Below, one piece after another: positions 1 to 11,230 of a stretch of 64,000 nt of DNA (the stretch's first letter is position 1; each line of letters begins with the position of its first letter). The stretch lies in contig SMSO01000034.1 of NCBI GenBank assembly GCA_004764695.1, positions 1,612,001-1,676,000 on the forward strand, in the 5' to 3' direction. A model generated the notes under the pieces. That model worked only from the letters and a program-made list of their open reading frames with translations. It was not told where the DNA came from and did not search any database. This DNA comes from Schizochytrium sp. TIO01. Its lineage: Eukaryota > Protista > Bigyra: Labyrinthulomycetes. The position numbers and the translations under genes are program-made.

Positions 1-1
1 T

Positions 2-2647
2 GAACGGGAGAAGAGGCGCCAGCAGAGGCTACTTGAAGAGGCCCTCGAGCAAGAGCGACTTAAGGAGGCCCAGCAAGAAGCCATTCGACGAGAGAAGGTA
101 CGGCAATGCAAATCGAATAATGAGTCCCAAGAACCTACAGAAAACCCGTCTAAATATAAATCACGAAAGCCCAGCGCCACGACCAATCTAGACGCTGCCA
201 AAATCCAGTTTTACAAGGAAGAAGCAAAAGCTCGCGAAGCCAAACGTGAGCGACTTCGAAAGAAAGCAAACGCTTTGAAAACCCAAAATGCGAAAGAAGC
301 ACACGGCGAGATGCTAAGTTATAAGGAAAAAGCAATTGCTTTAGAAAAGGAGAGATTAAGGCGTTTGGAGAAGGAGCGTCGACTTCGCAAACCCCAAACG
401 GAGAGATTTTCAAGCCGAGAAGAGCTTGAGCGCGCCTTTGAAGATAAAACTGCATCAATGGGAGGAGTGATCGGCATTAATGAAGCGGAGAAGTTTATAG
501 AAAGCAACTCACGTTATTCAGTTGCCCCATCGCTCAGAAAGCAGGGTGTAAAGGTAGTGTCATGGGTGACACTATCCGAACATTTACTGTCTCCTCGGGA
601 AGGGCATCGTCGAGAAAATTCTACTCGAACAGAGACTAACGATCATATATCTAATGATCACGAGAATCTCCCTCTCCCCCCAAACCTTTCCAAACGCAGG
701 TCTCAACAAGAGATTCGGAATGTACTGGCACTATGCGAAACATCATTTTGCGAGCTGGCTCGGCACAGCGGATTTCCTAATAGAGTGAGGCCTTCTGATT
801 TGAACGCTTTGCACTCTACAGCAGAGTTTGACACTGTTCTTACGTTTCCGTCCTTGAGCAATGAGAAAGACGAGCCAATCTCCTGGAATACCTACAAAAC
901 TTGGATCGTGGGTCAACTAACGTCTGGCCGTCCAGAAACAGCGGCGGCAGTGCAAGCTGTCCTCGTCAAGCGAGTCATTCGAACAGACTCAGCTATAACA
1001 GCTGCAGTGGAGAAGCCTCGCTTGGTAGCTGTCAAGTCACCTGAAGCAGTTACGGTTCCTGTACTAGATGATAACGACAGCGAGAGTTCTGCTAGCGAGG
1101 AGGATTCGGTAGAAACACCAGCAACCATACTAAATGCGGTTTTCGAGCCTTCTTCTTCAAGCGCAAAAGAAGTTCGTCATGATGGAGAGCTTAAAGTCCT
1201 CGACAAACATATTGACCGTCTCTCTGCGCGCCTTGCAAAAATCTCTAGCGGTGATTCTAAAGGTGATGCTATTGCTGATATCGAAGAAACCTCCGATTCT
1301 GCGTCCTCTTCAGCATCATCATCACCAGCTTCCTCCCCAAACCAGTCAGCACGATCTGCTTTTAAATTTGAAAAACAGTTGCCAATCGATAGACTTGAAA
1401 ATAACTTTGGAAAGGAAAAAACAGAGCAGCAGAAGGAATTTGCCCAAGATGATGTGGACAGTGATGAAAATGGTGAAAATGATGGTGTAAAAGGAATGGC
1501 ACAAGGAGGACATATGAAATGTCAAGATAAAGTTGTGTTTAGTGGACGTTGTTGGATGCTTTGCGAACGTAAACGCGAAGACTGGCTACATGCTGAGGTT
1601 GAATGGGAACGAAGCCGTGAAATTTGCGCAGAAGTCGAGGTCACTCAAGTAAATAACCCATTCCGTCTTTATCTTCGTGTACATCTATTACGAAGTGGGC
1701 TTGAATGTATGCGACGCATTGGTATTGACGAACTTGCTGCTCTTACTGCGCAGCATGCCCGACATGCAGAACAAGAGAGAGTGTCCCTTTCTCAGTCAGG
1801 TCACCACGTTCTCCTTAAAGGTCAGCGATGCCGCAGCCTTGGTCCTGACGAGTGGACCCACGCTGAGCTCGAGGCAGCCATCCGCGCAGAGGAGTCTATG
1901 CGGAGCTGGGTAAGAGAGGGTCGCATGCCAAAGAAAAATGATCTTGTTCGATGGGTTTTACTTCATTGCACTATCCGTATTAGTGGCGACGAGCTTGATC
2001 CAGAAGATGGCCATGTTGATCTTGTTCTTCCTGGTGACGAAGAGTTGCTCAAGGAATCACCAGGGTGGCTTTCCCCTCTTTCAAGTGTAGTTTCTCCCAA
2101 TGTTTCCTTAGGTACACCCAAGCTAAAATCATCCACACCAAGAATTGATAACTCTCTGGACCGATTAAATCACGTAAGCGTCCCATCTCAAAGCAGTCTC
2201 ATCGCCAAAGCTAGAGATATTCTGAATACTAAAAAGCCAGACGTTGGAGATGTTCAATCATGGTTGTCTGAACCTACAGCACGAAAGCTTGCTCGTGTAC
2301 ATTTACAGGCCTTAATGAGTCCTCAGCTCACAACCTCAGAAATGCGCAGTCTTTTCCCCAAACATGAGACAGCACTGAATGTGATGGCTGCATGGATAGA
2401 TGAAGAGAACTTGCATGCAGAATGGGCCAAACGAGTCAAAGGATTACTTGTTGCGGATCTTTTCGACCTTTTCCGGACACATGAAGGCATCGGAGAAAAT
2501 CCTGGAGCTGTGTCTGCGGATACCTTTGTGGGCCTCTTACAAGATACGTTGCTATTATCTACTCCTACGTGGCAACTAACTGTTTTGTACACACAATATC
2601 CACGCTATCGTGATTTTCTTAAGTATATGTTTCGTCAGAGTAACTAA
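2..2647 (+). CDS. Hypothetical coiled-coil/low-complexity protein, 5'-truncated by the window edge; possible degenerate EF-hand near the C-terminus
   Basis: The frame of the 275..2647 ORF is open from base 2 (ERE KRRQQRLLEEALEQERLKEAQQ...), so the TTG at 275 is internal. Charged heptad-rich N-terminal part; no family recognised. Confidence 0.8.
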   Translation, partial: EREKRRQQRLLEEALEQERLKEAQQEAIRREKVRQCKSNNESQEPTENPSKYKSRKPSATTNLDAAKIQFYKEEAKAREAKRERLRKKANALKTQNAKEAHGEMLSYKEKAIALEKERLRRLEKERRLRKPQTERFSSREELERAFEDKTASMGGVIGINEAEKFIESNSRYSVAPSLRKQGVKVVSWVTLSEHLLSPREGHRRENSTRTETNDHISNDHENLPLPPNLSKRRSQQEIRNVLALCETSFCELARHSGFPNRVRPSDLNALHSTAEFDTVLTFPSLSNEKDEPISWNTYKTWIVGQLTSGRPETAAAVQAVLVKRVIRTDSAITAAVEKPRLVAVKSPEAVTVPVLDDNDSESSASEEDSVETPATILNAVFEPSSSSAKEVRHDGELKVLDKHIDRLSARLAKISSGDSKGDAIADIEETSDSASSSASSSPASSPNQSARSAFKFEKQLPIDRLENNFGKEKTEQQKEFAQDDVDSDENGENDGVKGMAQGGHMKCQDKVVFSGRCWMLCERKREDWLHAEVEWERSREICAEVEVTQVNNPFRLYLRVHLLRSGLECMRRIGIDELAALTAQHARHAEQERVSLSQSGHHVLLKGQRCRSLGPDEWTHAELEAAIRAEESMRSWVREGRMPKKNDLVRWVLLHCTIRISGDELDPEDGHVDLVLPGDEELLKESPGWLSPLSSVVSPNVSLGTPKLKSSTPRIDNSLDRLNHVSVPSQSSLIAKARDILNTKKPDVGDVQSWLSEPTARKLARVHLQALMSPQLTTSEMRSLFPKHETALNVMAAWIDEENLHAEWAKRVKGLLVADLFDLFRTHEGIGENPGAVSADTFVGLLQDTLLLSTPTWQLTVLYTQYPRYRDFLKYMFRQSN

Positions 2648-2966
2648 TACCCAGATTGATTCCTAACAAGTTTCAAATATTATTTATACTCGCCCAATAC
2701 CTGATCAATGATTGCGTTGAAACTAAAAAGAAAATAGATTTGGAGTAACAAATACCAGCGATACGATAACTTCAAAGTATAAGCACCAATCGAACGGAAT
2801 GTCATATTATTCTTTCAAGTTGGAACTAATCCTTTGATGATTTGGCATGGTGTATGGGACGAGGTCAAGTTAGCATATTCATTCTTGTGTTTTAAAATCA
2901 TCTTATTTGTGTTTTGCTTGTTCTGATTATACGGAGGAGCTGCATAGAGCTGAATGGCTGCTACCT

Positions 2967-5462
2967 TTAATAGGATGGGGCCTGAGAATCTGCAGGGTCT
3001 CTGTAGGGTGTGTCATAAAACTTGACATTATGTTTGGCAGCAAGCTTTTTCACTTTCTCATACTCGTAAGTGAGGCCCACACGCTTACAATTCCAGATGA
3101 GACGTTGAACACATGCACGCGTGGGCTTAATGTTGTATGTATGCGCGAGAGGGAGGATGTGGCCGATGCACTCGCGTACCATCTCTACGGGAGCCCCGTT
3201 GCCGGTAAAGCCGTCGCCAATGTAGACATCGTCACTTGAGCCTAGAAAAACCTTCGAAAAGGAGGTGAGGGTTTGGGCATCGGGGACGCACTGCGCAGAC
3301 TGCATATCAGCAATGAGTTTTACTGCCTCTTGGCGGTCACCGGTGAAGACACTGTGGTAGAGGAGAAGCGCGTTGAAGACGTACGTATCATGCATTCCAC
3401 CCAGCTCTTTCTCGATGAAGGATTCTGCATCTTGACGGTAGCCAAGTCCAACAAGAGCTTCCAAAGTGTGACGCTGAGATTCGTCGAGAAGTTCGAGCGC
3501 AGCTGCATTCTGCATTCTCCCTGCCTGGACAGCTTTGCACATTCGAGTGTACCAAAGGCGGGTGGCTTCGTGCATGATCTCGCACCATTTGAGCATGAGA
3601 TCAGCTTCTTCTTGCTTACCAAGAAGAGAATTGCGCGCCAGACGCTTGCCTTGCTGCAGGGCAGCGCTACGGACAAGTCGGATAGCACTATTGCAGACCT
3701 GAGGGTCCTCCACTGAAATTTCAGGGCCACTATTTGAGATCCATGTGTCAAGGCGATCAACAAGCTCGACTCTGTTGTATACGTAGTTCGTCAAGGTATT
3801 GAGAGCAGCCAAGAAGTCTTTGACTCCCCAATTCAAGTTCGGGTGCAGTTGGGTCATCTCTGCGAGCTCCTGAAGTCGGTCGCATGCAATAAGACTATCG
3901 TGAATACCGCTTCCTAGGGACACATAACAGCGCAGAAGCATCGCAATGAGAGGTGTGGGCACATTGTCCAGCTGACTAAACTCAAGGTCGCTGGAATTCT
4001 TAGACTTTTCAAAAACAAGAGTACTGTCCTTCACCATAGACTTGCTAAGTGACGGCGCTGCCTCCTGAGTCAGCTTGGGCGCTGCCTTTGAGCCTGATCG
4101 TTGCTGAGATCTGGTCTGAGTGGGTAGTAGCTTCAGGTACTTGCTGGATATCATTGCGGCATCAAGGTCGCTGATAAGCTCCATCTTACTCTCGCGTCCA
4201 CCCGAGCTCGTTGGGAAGTAATTGAAGAGTGTACGGCAAGCACTGAAGTAAAGGTTATTCACAATAGACGCTACCTGAAGCGGGGTACGTTGCACAGGCA
4301 TTGAGTCATCTGCGATTTGTTTTTCTACGCTCCAATCACTCTCGAGGCGCGACATGGTATAAACCATAATATAGGCTCTGGATCGAGTTGCATCAAACTG
4401 GCGTCGGGCGAGACCTGCATCGAGAGTGCTGAGCACATCAATGTTGAGGGTGGACGCGGTAACTTTGAGGTAAAAGTCAATAAGATCCATCGTACCGACG
4501 TGGTCGCACCTGTTGAGCAAAGCGAGGACAGGAACCCATTCTACGGGCGGCAGATCAAGCGGTCTGCCTGAACCTTGCGCTTCCTTGCGTTTCTGCAAAA
4601 CATTTGCGATGATGGCCATACGCTTCTGTTCAGCAACAGGAATTTTCTTGATAATCTTTCCGATATCAAAGTCCCTTCCGCCCACCTCTGGAAGGGCTTG
4701 CCATTGCTCTACAGCGTGTTTGGCAACATTGGCATCCGATGCGCCATTCTTAAGTCCGGGGAGGTCGACATTTTGCATTACAGTGTCCTCCGCCGCTACA
4801 ACGGCAGAAATCGCGGAGGTATACATGCCATCCGAGGGTGCTTTGTTGTGAACCTTTCTGTATTCAATGAATTCAATGGCTTTCCCAGGCACTGTTTTGA
4901 GCAAGTGAAACTGGGCTTCGTCCAAGGTTCTTTTGGTATTAGATTCCCCGGGAGCGTACGAATGGAGTCTCAGGCAAGCCCTCAGCGCCCTCTTGAAGTC
5001 CTGCTTGGAGCCACCTTCCATCGCAGCAATCAAGGCCCATCGCCGAGCTCTAGCTTGGAGCTGAAGAAAGAAAGCAGAGTCCAATACCTCGGTGTTAATA
5101 TCCGCAGATTTAGTTTTGGCATTTGCGTTTTGCTTGACAAATTTCTTCGGTACTTCGCCCCACCATTTGTCCAGATTTGTTCGGCCACTCTGTGCGGACT
5201 CAATAAACGCTGTATCAATCTGACGAGGAGTATACCATGCCCAAGGGTACAATTTACGAACTCGGTTCACCATCCAGAACGCGCCACGGACTTCAGGCGA
5301 CCGTGGGGGTCTACGTTGCTGGGGTCGGCCACCTTTAGAGGCCTTTTGGCTACCCTTGGATCCTGCGTTGCCCCCCTTTGAGGACGTCTGGATGCCCCGG
5401 GACAGCTCTAAGCGCACAGGTGAAGCGCCAGACCGCAGGTTGCCGCTAAGTTGCCGCAGCAT
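2967..5462 (-). CDS. Mitochondrion-targeted PPR-like helical-repeat protein (paralog A)
   Basis: First ATG at 5462 gives an Arg/Ser-rich presequence (MLRQLSGNLRSGASPVRLELSRGIQTSS). One clear PPR motif (YVFNALLLYHSVFTGDRQEAVKLIADMQSAQCVPD). Collinear similarity to 8680..11016. Confidence 0.75.
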   Translation of the reverse strand: MLRQLSGNLRSGASPVRLELSRGIQTSSKGGNAGSKGSQKASKGGRPQQRRPPRSPEVRGAFWMVNRVRKLYPWAWYTPRQIDTAFIESAQSGRTNLDKWWGEVPKKFVKQNANAKTKSADINTEVLDSAFFLQLQARARRWALIAAMEGGSKQDFKRALRACLRLHSYAPGESNTKRTLDEAQFHLLKTVPGKAIEFIEYRKVHNKAPSDGMYTSAISAVVAAEDTVMQNVDLPGLKNGASDANVAKHAVEQWQALPEVGGRDFDIGKIIKKIPVAEQKRMAIIANVLQKRKEAQGSGRPLDLPPVEWVPVLALLNRCDHVGTMDLIDFYLKVTASTLNIDVLSTLDAGLARRQFDATRSRAYIMVYTMSRLESDWSVEKQIADDSMPVQRTPLQVASIVNNLYFSACRTLFNYFPTSSGGRESKMELISDLDAAMISSKYLKLLPTQTRSQQRSGSKAAPKLTQEAAPSLSKSMVKDSTLVFEKSKNSSDLEFSQLDNVPTPLIAMLLRCYVSLGSGIHDSLIACDRLQELAEMTQLHPNLNWGVKDFLAALNTLTNYVYNRVELVDRLDTWISNSGPEISVEDPQVCNSAIRLVRSAALQQGKRLARNSLLGKQEEADLMLKWCEIMHEATRLWYTRMCKAVQAGRMQNAAALELLDESQRHTLEALVGLGYRQDAESFIEKELGGMHDTYVFNALLLYHSVFTGDRQEAVKLIADMQSAQCVPDAQTLTSFSKVFLGSSDDVYIGDGFTGNGAPVEMVRECIGHILPLAHTYNIKPTRACVQRLIWNCKRVGLTYEYEKVKKLAAKHNVKFYDTPYRDPADSQAPSY

Positions 5463-6376
5463 GTTGCCAACGAGGGTGACTGCTGAAGTCAAATCCGTCA
5501 GAGCAGGCGTCGCCAAGCGAGCCTCGCTTCAAAGATCAAATCTAAGACGACCCTGGGCCACCTTCGACCACCTCCAGTCGAGGCTACGGCCTCGCCACTC
5601 CGCTACTGGCTGTTCAGGAGTTTCCGTTCTGAGGGACGCCCTCGCGCGGGGTATTCAACACGATGACAGAGCCACAGGCAGTTTCTTCTATAGTACTCTA
5701 AATTTTGGTAAAATAATGAGAGATGAGGCAGGCAAAGGGGGGTAAGGAAAGATTTAGGAGAGGGACGGAGACAGAGAGGGCCGCATGTACTTTTTGTAAA
5801 GGATCATGGAGTAAATTGATCAACGATGAACAAATGAACAAATTCTTATATAATAAAATATTAGAGTCTAAGAGTATATGTGGATCCTGAGAAAGTTGGA
5901 TTTGAGTGACTAAGGGCGAACACGTTTACGCGTTTGTTTCAGAAAAACAAAAGACTAGGTTCGAGTGCTCGTGCGATTTATATCATGGGTTCGATTCTTG
6001 AAGATACGGGTGAGATTTAATGTAACTAGTTGGAGTGTAATATATGTTGGGCCATTCTCAATGGATGAAGGTGGATCGAGGAAGACGTTAATATGGTGGC
6101 GATAATGGGCAGCAAAATGAAGGACGATGACGGCTCTCCGTACCACAAAGTTCTGACGAGAAAGAAGCAAAACTGCCTTTCAGAGCGAAGGGGAATATTT
6201 TCATGAATGCAGAAATATAAGGTCATGGTCGAACCAGAAAAGTTTAAAGATATTTATAGTGAGAAAGTGGGTAAGGGGAAGCTGTTTTATACGCAACTCA
6301 ACTGGACTGCTAACTGGGTGGGAAGTGTGACAAACAACGAAGTGATAGAAGGTCTAACTAGCTCGCAAATAGGCTT

Positions 6377-7879
6377 TTAATTGGACGATGCTGATGACTC
6401 TTCAGCGTCACCAGAGACCTTGTTCGGAACGACCTTTGGCTTGCCCTCAGCATCTAGCTCCACCCGCAAACCGGCCTTGTCAAGTAGAGAAGTTTGTACA
6501 GTTCCCTGGACACGGAGATCCGCAATCATGCGCTGATTCTCCTCGTTTCCTTCGCAAAGGTTACGAATAGCAACAATGCCCCACTCCCGAAGGAACGGGC
6601 TCCGCTCGTCTACGTTGCAGTTGTTAAGAATGATGTAAAGACCATTCTCAAACTCCCGAACGTGGTCCTGATTCACAGTGCGGCGGTAACAGGCATTTGC
6701 GATAACGCGCAAGAGATCTACACGGACGCCATAATCTACAGTCTCTTTATTTGTGGTAGCCACATTGAGCTCTGCAAGAACTCCGTGCAAGAGATCTCGC
6801 TTACCACCCTCTACAACGAAAACACGGTCATCTTGAGCGTAGGATCCAAGTGCACGCAGGGCAAGTTGCTCCGCTCGAGAACGCTCGAGCTTATCCTCAC
6901 GCTCGCGAACCACGTCAAGGTAAAAACGTATAAGGGCATCAAAACTGACCTCCATGCCCGCTGCGATTGAGGTATCCCGTTCGTGCTCTGGGATATTTTC
7001 TTCTTCAAGGCGATGGCCCAGCCAGAGAGAAGCGAGTACAGGTTTCAGCTGTTCAGCCTGATCAGATTTGTCAACGGCTTCAAAGAGCCCAGGACCTGAC
7101 CCAGCGTTGACAAGTTCACCTGTGAGCCAAACCAGGTTAGCATGAAGATCTGCGGCCACGGAGTTGTCTTCCTCGATTGCGCTGATGGCAAGAACAGCGC
7201 TGTGCAAAATATGCTCTGCAGCTGACTCGTGTGCAGTAAGTGCTGCAGCTCGAGGCTCTGCGTCTGCAAGAACAATGCTGTATAGAAGACTCACAAGGTT
7301 CCGCAATAGTGTGAGGTCGTTCTTCATAATGCCAAGACGAAAGTTGTTCGTCAGCTCGTTGAGAAGTTTGCCGTCGCGCCATAACTTTGAAGCAGTGTCA
7401 GAGTTACCCACGCAGAGGTTTGCAAGTGCCTGTAAGAGAACTCGGCCCAGGGTTATTGTGTTTTCTTGCCATGCTGGAAATGGGCTGCTCTCGTGCAAAC
7501 GTGGTATGCACCTCATTGCATTTATGAGGTCTTCAAGGACTCCTGTTGCAAGAATTTGTTGCGCATCTGAATTTACGCAGAGGTTGCGAACTGCTCTGGC
7601 ACATTCGGTGAGGGCAGTGACCACGTCAGCGTCTGCAGCTCCCGAGCACCATACAAGGAGCTCGTTATTAACCTCTTCACCACAGCTTCTTTGCACGCGA
7701 GCGCACAAGGACTTGATGCCGTCGCAAAAGTCTTGTGTCAGGAACTCGGCATCCTCGGCCACCCATTTTTGAGCCACCTCTACAGGAGAGCCGAGTTCTG
7801 GCGAAAGAAAGGCCTTGGAGACAGACTCTACGCAAGTGCTTGGGCCTAATGCCCAGGATGCTCGGAGTTCTGATGTCAT
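6377..7879 (-). CDS. ATXN10: Ataxin-10 homolog (ARM-repeat protein)
   Basis: C-terminal Atx10 signature LLRVIANACY...NQDHVRE..GLYIILNNCNVDERSPFLREWGIVAIRNLCEGNEENQ. First ATG at 7879. Confidence 0.9.
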   Translation of the reverse strand: MTSELRASWALGPSTCVESVSKAFLSPELGSPVEVAQKWVAEDAEFLTQDFCDGIKSLCARVQRSCGEEVNNELLVWCSGAADADVVTALTECARAVRNLCVNSDAQQILATGVLEDLINAMRCIPRLHESSPFPAWQENTITLGRVLLQALANLCVGNSDTASKLWRDGKLLNELTNNFRLGIMKNDLTLLRNLVSLLYSIVLADAEPRAAALTAHESAAEHILHSAVLAISAIEEDNSVAADLHANLVWLTGELVNAGSGPGLFEAVDKSDQAEQLKPVLASLWLGHRLEEENIPEHERDTSIAAGMEVSFDALIRFYLDVVREREDKLERSRAEQLALRALGSYAQDDRVFVVEGGKRDLLHGVLAELNVATTNKETVDYGVRVDLLRVIANACYRRTVNQDHVREFENGLYIILNNCNVDERSPFLREWGIVAIRNLCEGNEENQRMIADLRVQGTVQTSLLDKAGLRVELDAEGKPKVVPNKVSGDAEESSASSN

Positions 7880-8679
7880 GATGCTTGCCAAGGGCGTGCA
7901 GTGCAGGGGTTTGCCAGTATGCGTGTAGAAGAAATATCAACTAAGGCATGAGAAAGAGTACTACCTAGGTATGCAGTAGTAGTTGTGTTAGTACATATAG
8001 TATAGAATGATTTGAAAGTCTTTGATGACCATTGCCTATATTACACAAAGTTTGAGAAAGAAGAATTAGATGCAAAATAGTTAAGCGCAATACCATGGTG
8101 ATACAGTGAATAGGCTTGATTATGCGTGATCCAATGAGCTGCACGGTTTAGGCTGTTGGAGTTGTAGACTATAATCTTCTTGATACTGTTGTTCATTCTC
8201 TACTAGGATATTGGAAATTTATGTGGGAGGGAAGACGCAAAATTTCGCGAACTGAAGGTGGCATTAGCAAGAGAGACTTCCATATAAAGAAGAGGGTGAA
8301 CATAAATAAAGAAAAAAGGTGATGTTACTAGAGTAGAGACACCTAAAAATACAAAGAACACACCATAATATTGATGACGTAGAGTTGGCTCAAGATAAAC
8401 AAACCGGAGTATAAGCCATGGCAGTACAGGGGGAATGCGTGGCACAACCAAGGCGATGCGATGATAGAGGATATTAAAATTGTAGGAATCTAAATGAGGG
8501 TTACATAACTGCCACACAGGAAGAATTAAGGGAACCAGAAAGGAAGAACATTGTCAGCCAGGATGGGAAACACTAAAGACCCCATGGCCAGGCCAAATGG
8601 GAGCATAAAGAAGAAATCGTGCAATGCCTGCAATCAGACTCAAATAAACCCAGGTGATCGATAATTACACACATGCACA

Positions 8680-11016
8680 TCAGCTATGATGCTCTCCTTG
8701 ATCTTCTTTCGAAGTTTTTCCTCCTTTCCGGCGCCGAGAAGAAGTCTCTTGCTTGTCCAAAGAGCGAAACTCCTGGTAAAACTTGACCCCATTCTCGCGA
8801 GCAAGGGACGCAATAGTATTGAATTCATCCTTCAAGTTGAGACGCTTGCAATTGAAGGCAAGACGCTGAAGAAGTGACGCAGAAGGCCTGACCATGTCAA
8901 CACGGCACATGCTGGCGGTCTTTTCGACTGCCTCCTGGACAATGTCGGCGGGAGCACCAAGGTCAGTGCCATCCTCGCCAATATAGAACATGTCATGCTC
9001 ACCGAGGTAACACGCAACGTAGTTCTTGAGGGTAGTTTCGTCAATAGGGATTTCTTCCTGTCTCATGCGCGCAATTACACGCTCAGTAGCTTCAATGTCT
9101 CCGGAGAAACGAGCGTGGAAAGCAAGAATGGAGTTGTAAAGACGGGAGTTTTTCCAAATCAGAGCCTCGGAGTTCTTGATGATCAAGATAGTGCTTTCCC
9201 ATGAACCCGTGAGGTGGAGAATCTCAATAAGCGCAAGGCGAAGGTTCAAGATGTTCTCATTGCGCTTCTCTTCATTCTCAATCGCGTTAGCGATCTGCTC
9301 AGCGCGCTCTACAGCGTTTTGGGTGTAGTCGACGAGGTTCTTGATATCATATTGAAGACCCACCATTCCTTCATCAAACTCACGAATCTCAGCCACGTTG
9401 ACCTGGATACCAAGGTTTTGAGCAGATGCTTTGGCAAACTCCAAAAAGGCAAAATAGATGCTGAGATCCTCGTGGTCAATTTCATTGTTGTGCTGGATCC
9501 ATTGACCCACTTCAGGAAGCAAGTGCACCACAGGACCCGGGTTCTTGGCAAGGCTTTTCAGAAGCTCAACGGCCTGTTCGCTGTCCATCTCAAAGTTAGG
9601 GTCGGTGAGAAGAGCAGTAGCCGCATCCTTGTAGAGCATACGAGCTCCTCCATGGAGTTGCTTAGCCGGACGAATGGAGGTAAATCCATTGATGAGGAGT
9701 TGCAGGAGACGAGACTTGTAGTTGGAGAAGTCATTCGCTGAATGCGACATCACATTTTCAACGTGACTGTGTTCACCACGGAAGAGAACGGGGAGGTTCT
9801 TATCCTGCTTGATGAGACGGTGGAGAGTAAGAAGCAACTGGGACTTATGCTTAGTATGCGCAGACCCGTGGGCATTCCAGTTGGAAAGAACATCCAACAC
9901 CTTGAGGTAGCACGCGTAAACAATGTGTGGGGATGAGAGGGGCTGTTCCTGGAATTCGGGCTTCTCCATGATACGAACGCAAAATTCGACTCGAGACAGT
10001 TCGGAGCGCATTAGGCGTTCAAATGCGTGGAGCATAGCACGGAGGCAGCGAGCATCCGCGGAGTCACCCATAGCACTTTGATAGAACAGTGCAAGCTCGT
10101 ACATAGTAATGTTTTTCTCCCTGCTCAGCAGGCGGAGCACAGGAATCCAATCAATGGCGGTAGGTCCACTCACCGAGCACTCTTTCAAGGCAGGGTGAAG
10201 ATCTCCAGAGACCTTCATCAAGTTGAGCACATCAACGATGGCATGAAACTTACGCCTGGATCTGAATGACTTTTCACGATTGCCAAAGTCATACCCGTAG
10301 AGATCTCCTGCCGGAAAGGCTGGCCACTTCCTCGGGATCATTTTGCCATTCTTGTCTCTGTCATTCGGCAGCTCCTCGGCCAGCGCAATACCCTCCAGCG
10401 CAGCCCCAAACATGGACGGGTGTACAGCCCTATCGTTCTCAATTCTCCACCTCAGCCACTCTGCTGCTTTCTCCGGAGAGTGAATGCATGTCACTTTTAA
10501 ACCATTGTTGTAGCATTGATGATTCTGTGCATTCTTGCTCGGATTCGCTCGGTATACCCTTTCCAGAGACGCAAAAATCCTTTTCTCAGTGCCTACAACA
10601 TTGTCTGATCTCTTTGAAATCGCTCTTTGCAGTTCATAGGCCCGCTCTTTGAAAGAGAGGAACGGTACATTGTTGAGACCACCTTGAACGCTTACGTAGT
10701 GCCTCCAGTCCGCATCGACGGACTTCCATCCGTGAAGCCTGTTGCCGACAGGGGTGTAACCCTTTTTCTTCCGCCACTCGAGAAAGTTCTCCTGAAGCCC
10801 TGCACGCCGCTTAGCGTGGGCCTGCCGCGCGAGCAGGCCTTCTTCCGAAGTTGGCGAGCTCGAAGAGGGAGATGCCGCCTTGGAGGATGCTGATGACGGT
10901 GAAGACGACTTTGGCGTCCGAGACAGCCAGCGACGAGGCCATGGGGAAATTGGTGAACGTGAGGCCTGACGAGAAGCCCGAACGGCCCTCGCAAAGAGGC
11001 CCTCCGCGCTCGACAT
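8680..11016 (-). CDS. Mitochondrion-targeted PPR-like helical-repeat protein (paralog B)
   Basis: ATG at 11016, presequence-like N-terminus (LFARAVRASRQASRSPISPWPRRWLS). PPR motif RLYNSILAFHARFSGDIEATERVIARMRQEEIPID. Shares YIG...GAP...LQRL.FNCKR..L...VKFY with paralog A. Confidence 0.75.
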   Translation of the reverse strand: MSSAEGLFARAVRASRQASRSPISPWPRRWLSRTPKSSSPSSASSKAASPSSSSPTSEEGLLARQAHAKRRAGLQENFLEWRKKKGYTPVGNRLHGWKSVDADWRHYVSVQGGLNNVPFLSFKERAYELQRAISKRSDNVVGTEKRIFASLERVYRANPSKNAQNHQCYNNGLKVTCIHSPEKAAEWLRWRIENDRAVHPSMFGAALEGIALAEELPNDRDKNGKMIPRKWPAFPAGDLYGYDFGNREKSFRSRRKFHAIVDVLNLMKVSGDLHPALKECSVSGPTAIDWIPVLRLLSREKNITMYELALFYQSAMGDSADARCLRAMLHAFERLMRSELSRVEFCVRIMEKPEFQEQPLSSPHIVYACYLKVLDVLSNWNAHGSAHTKHKSQLLLTLHRLIKQDKNLPVLFRGEHSHVENVMSHSANDFSNYKSRLLQLLINGFTSIRPAKQLHGGARMLYKDAATALLTDPNFEMDSEQAVELLKSLAKNPGPVVHLLPEVGQWIQHNNEIDHEDLSIYFAFLEFAKASAQNLGIQVNVAEIREFDEGMVGLQYDIKNLVDYTQNAVERAEQIANAIENEEKRNENILNLRLALIEILHLTGSWESTILIIKNSEALIWKNSRLYNSILAFHARFSGDIEATERVIARMRQEEIPIDETTLKNYVACYLGEHDMFYIGEDGTDLGAPADIVQEAVEKTASMCRVDMVRPSASLLQRLAFNCKRLNLKDEFNTIASLARENGVKFYQEFRSLDKQETSSRRRKGGKTSKEDQGEHHS

Positions 11017-11230
11017 CACTGCGATCTCGAGCGATCAGTCTCTGGAGCTTGCCAAGATGAACTCTTGCCACACTGCAGCAATGGCCGCCATCGAAAGCTA
11101 TACTTCACTTGTGCAGCCCTATAACTCACTTTAAACACACTCTGTAAATGGTCAATACAAAAACTTATACACCAGGTCTAGCCACCCCAAATTGGTTATA
11201 GCGCCTTCATATGAGACATCCAGTCTGGCA

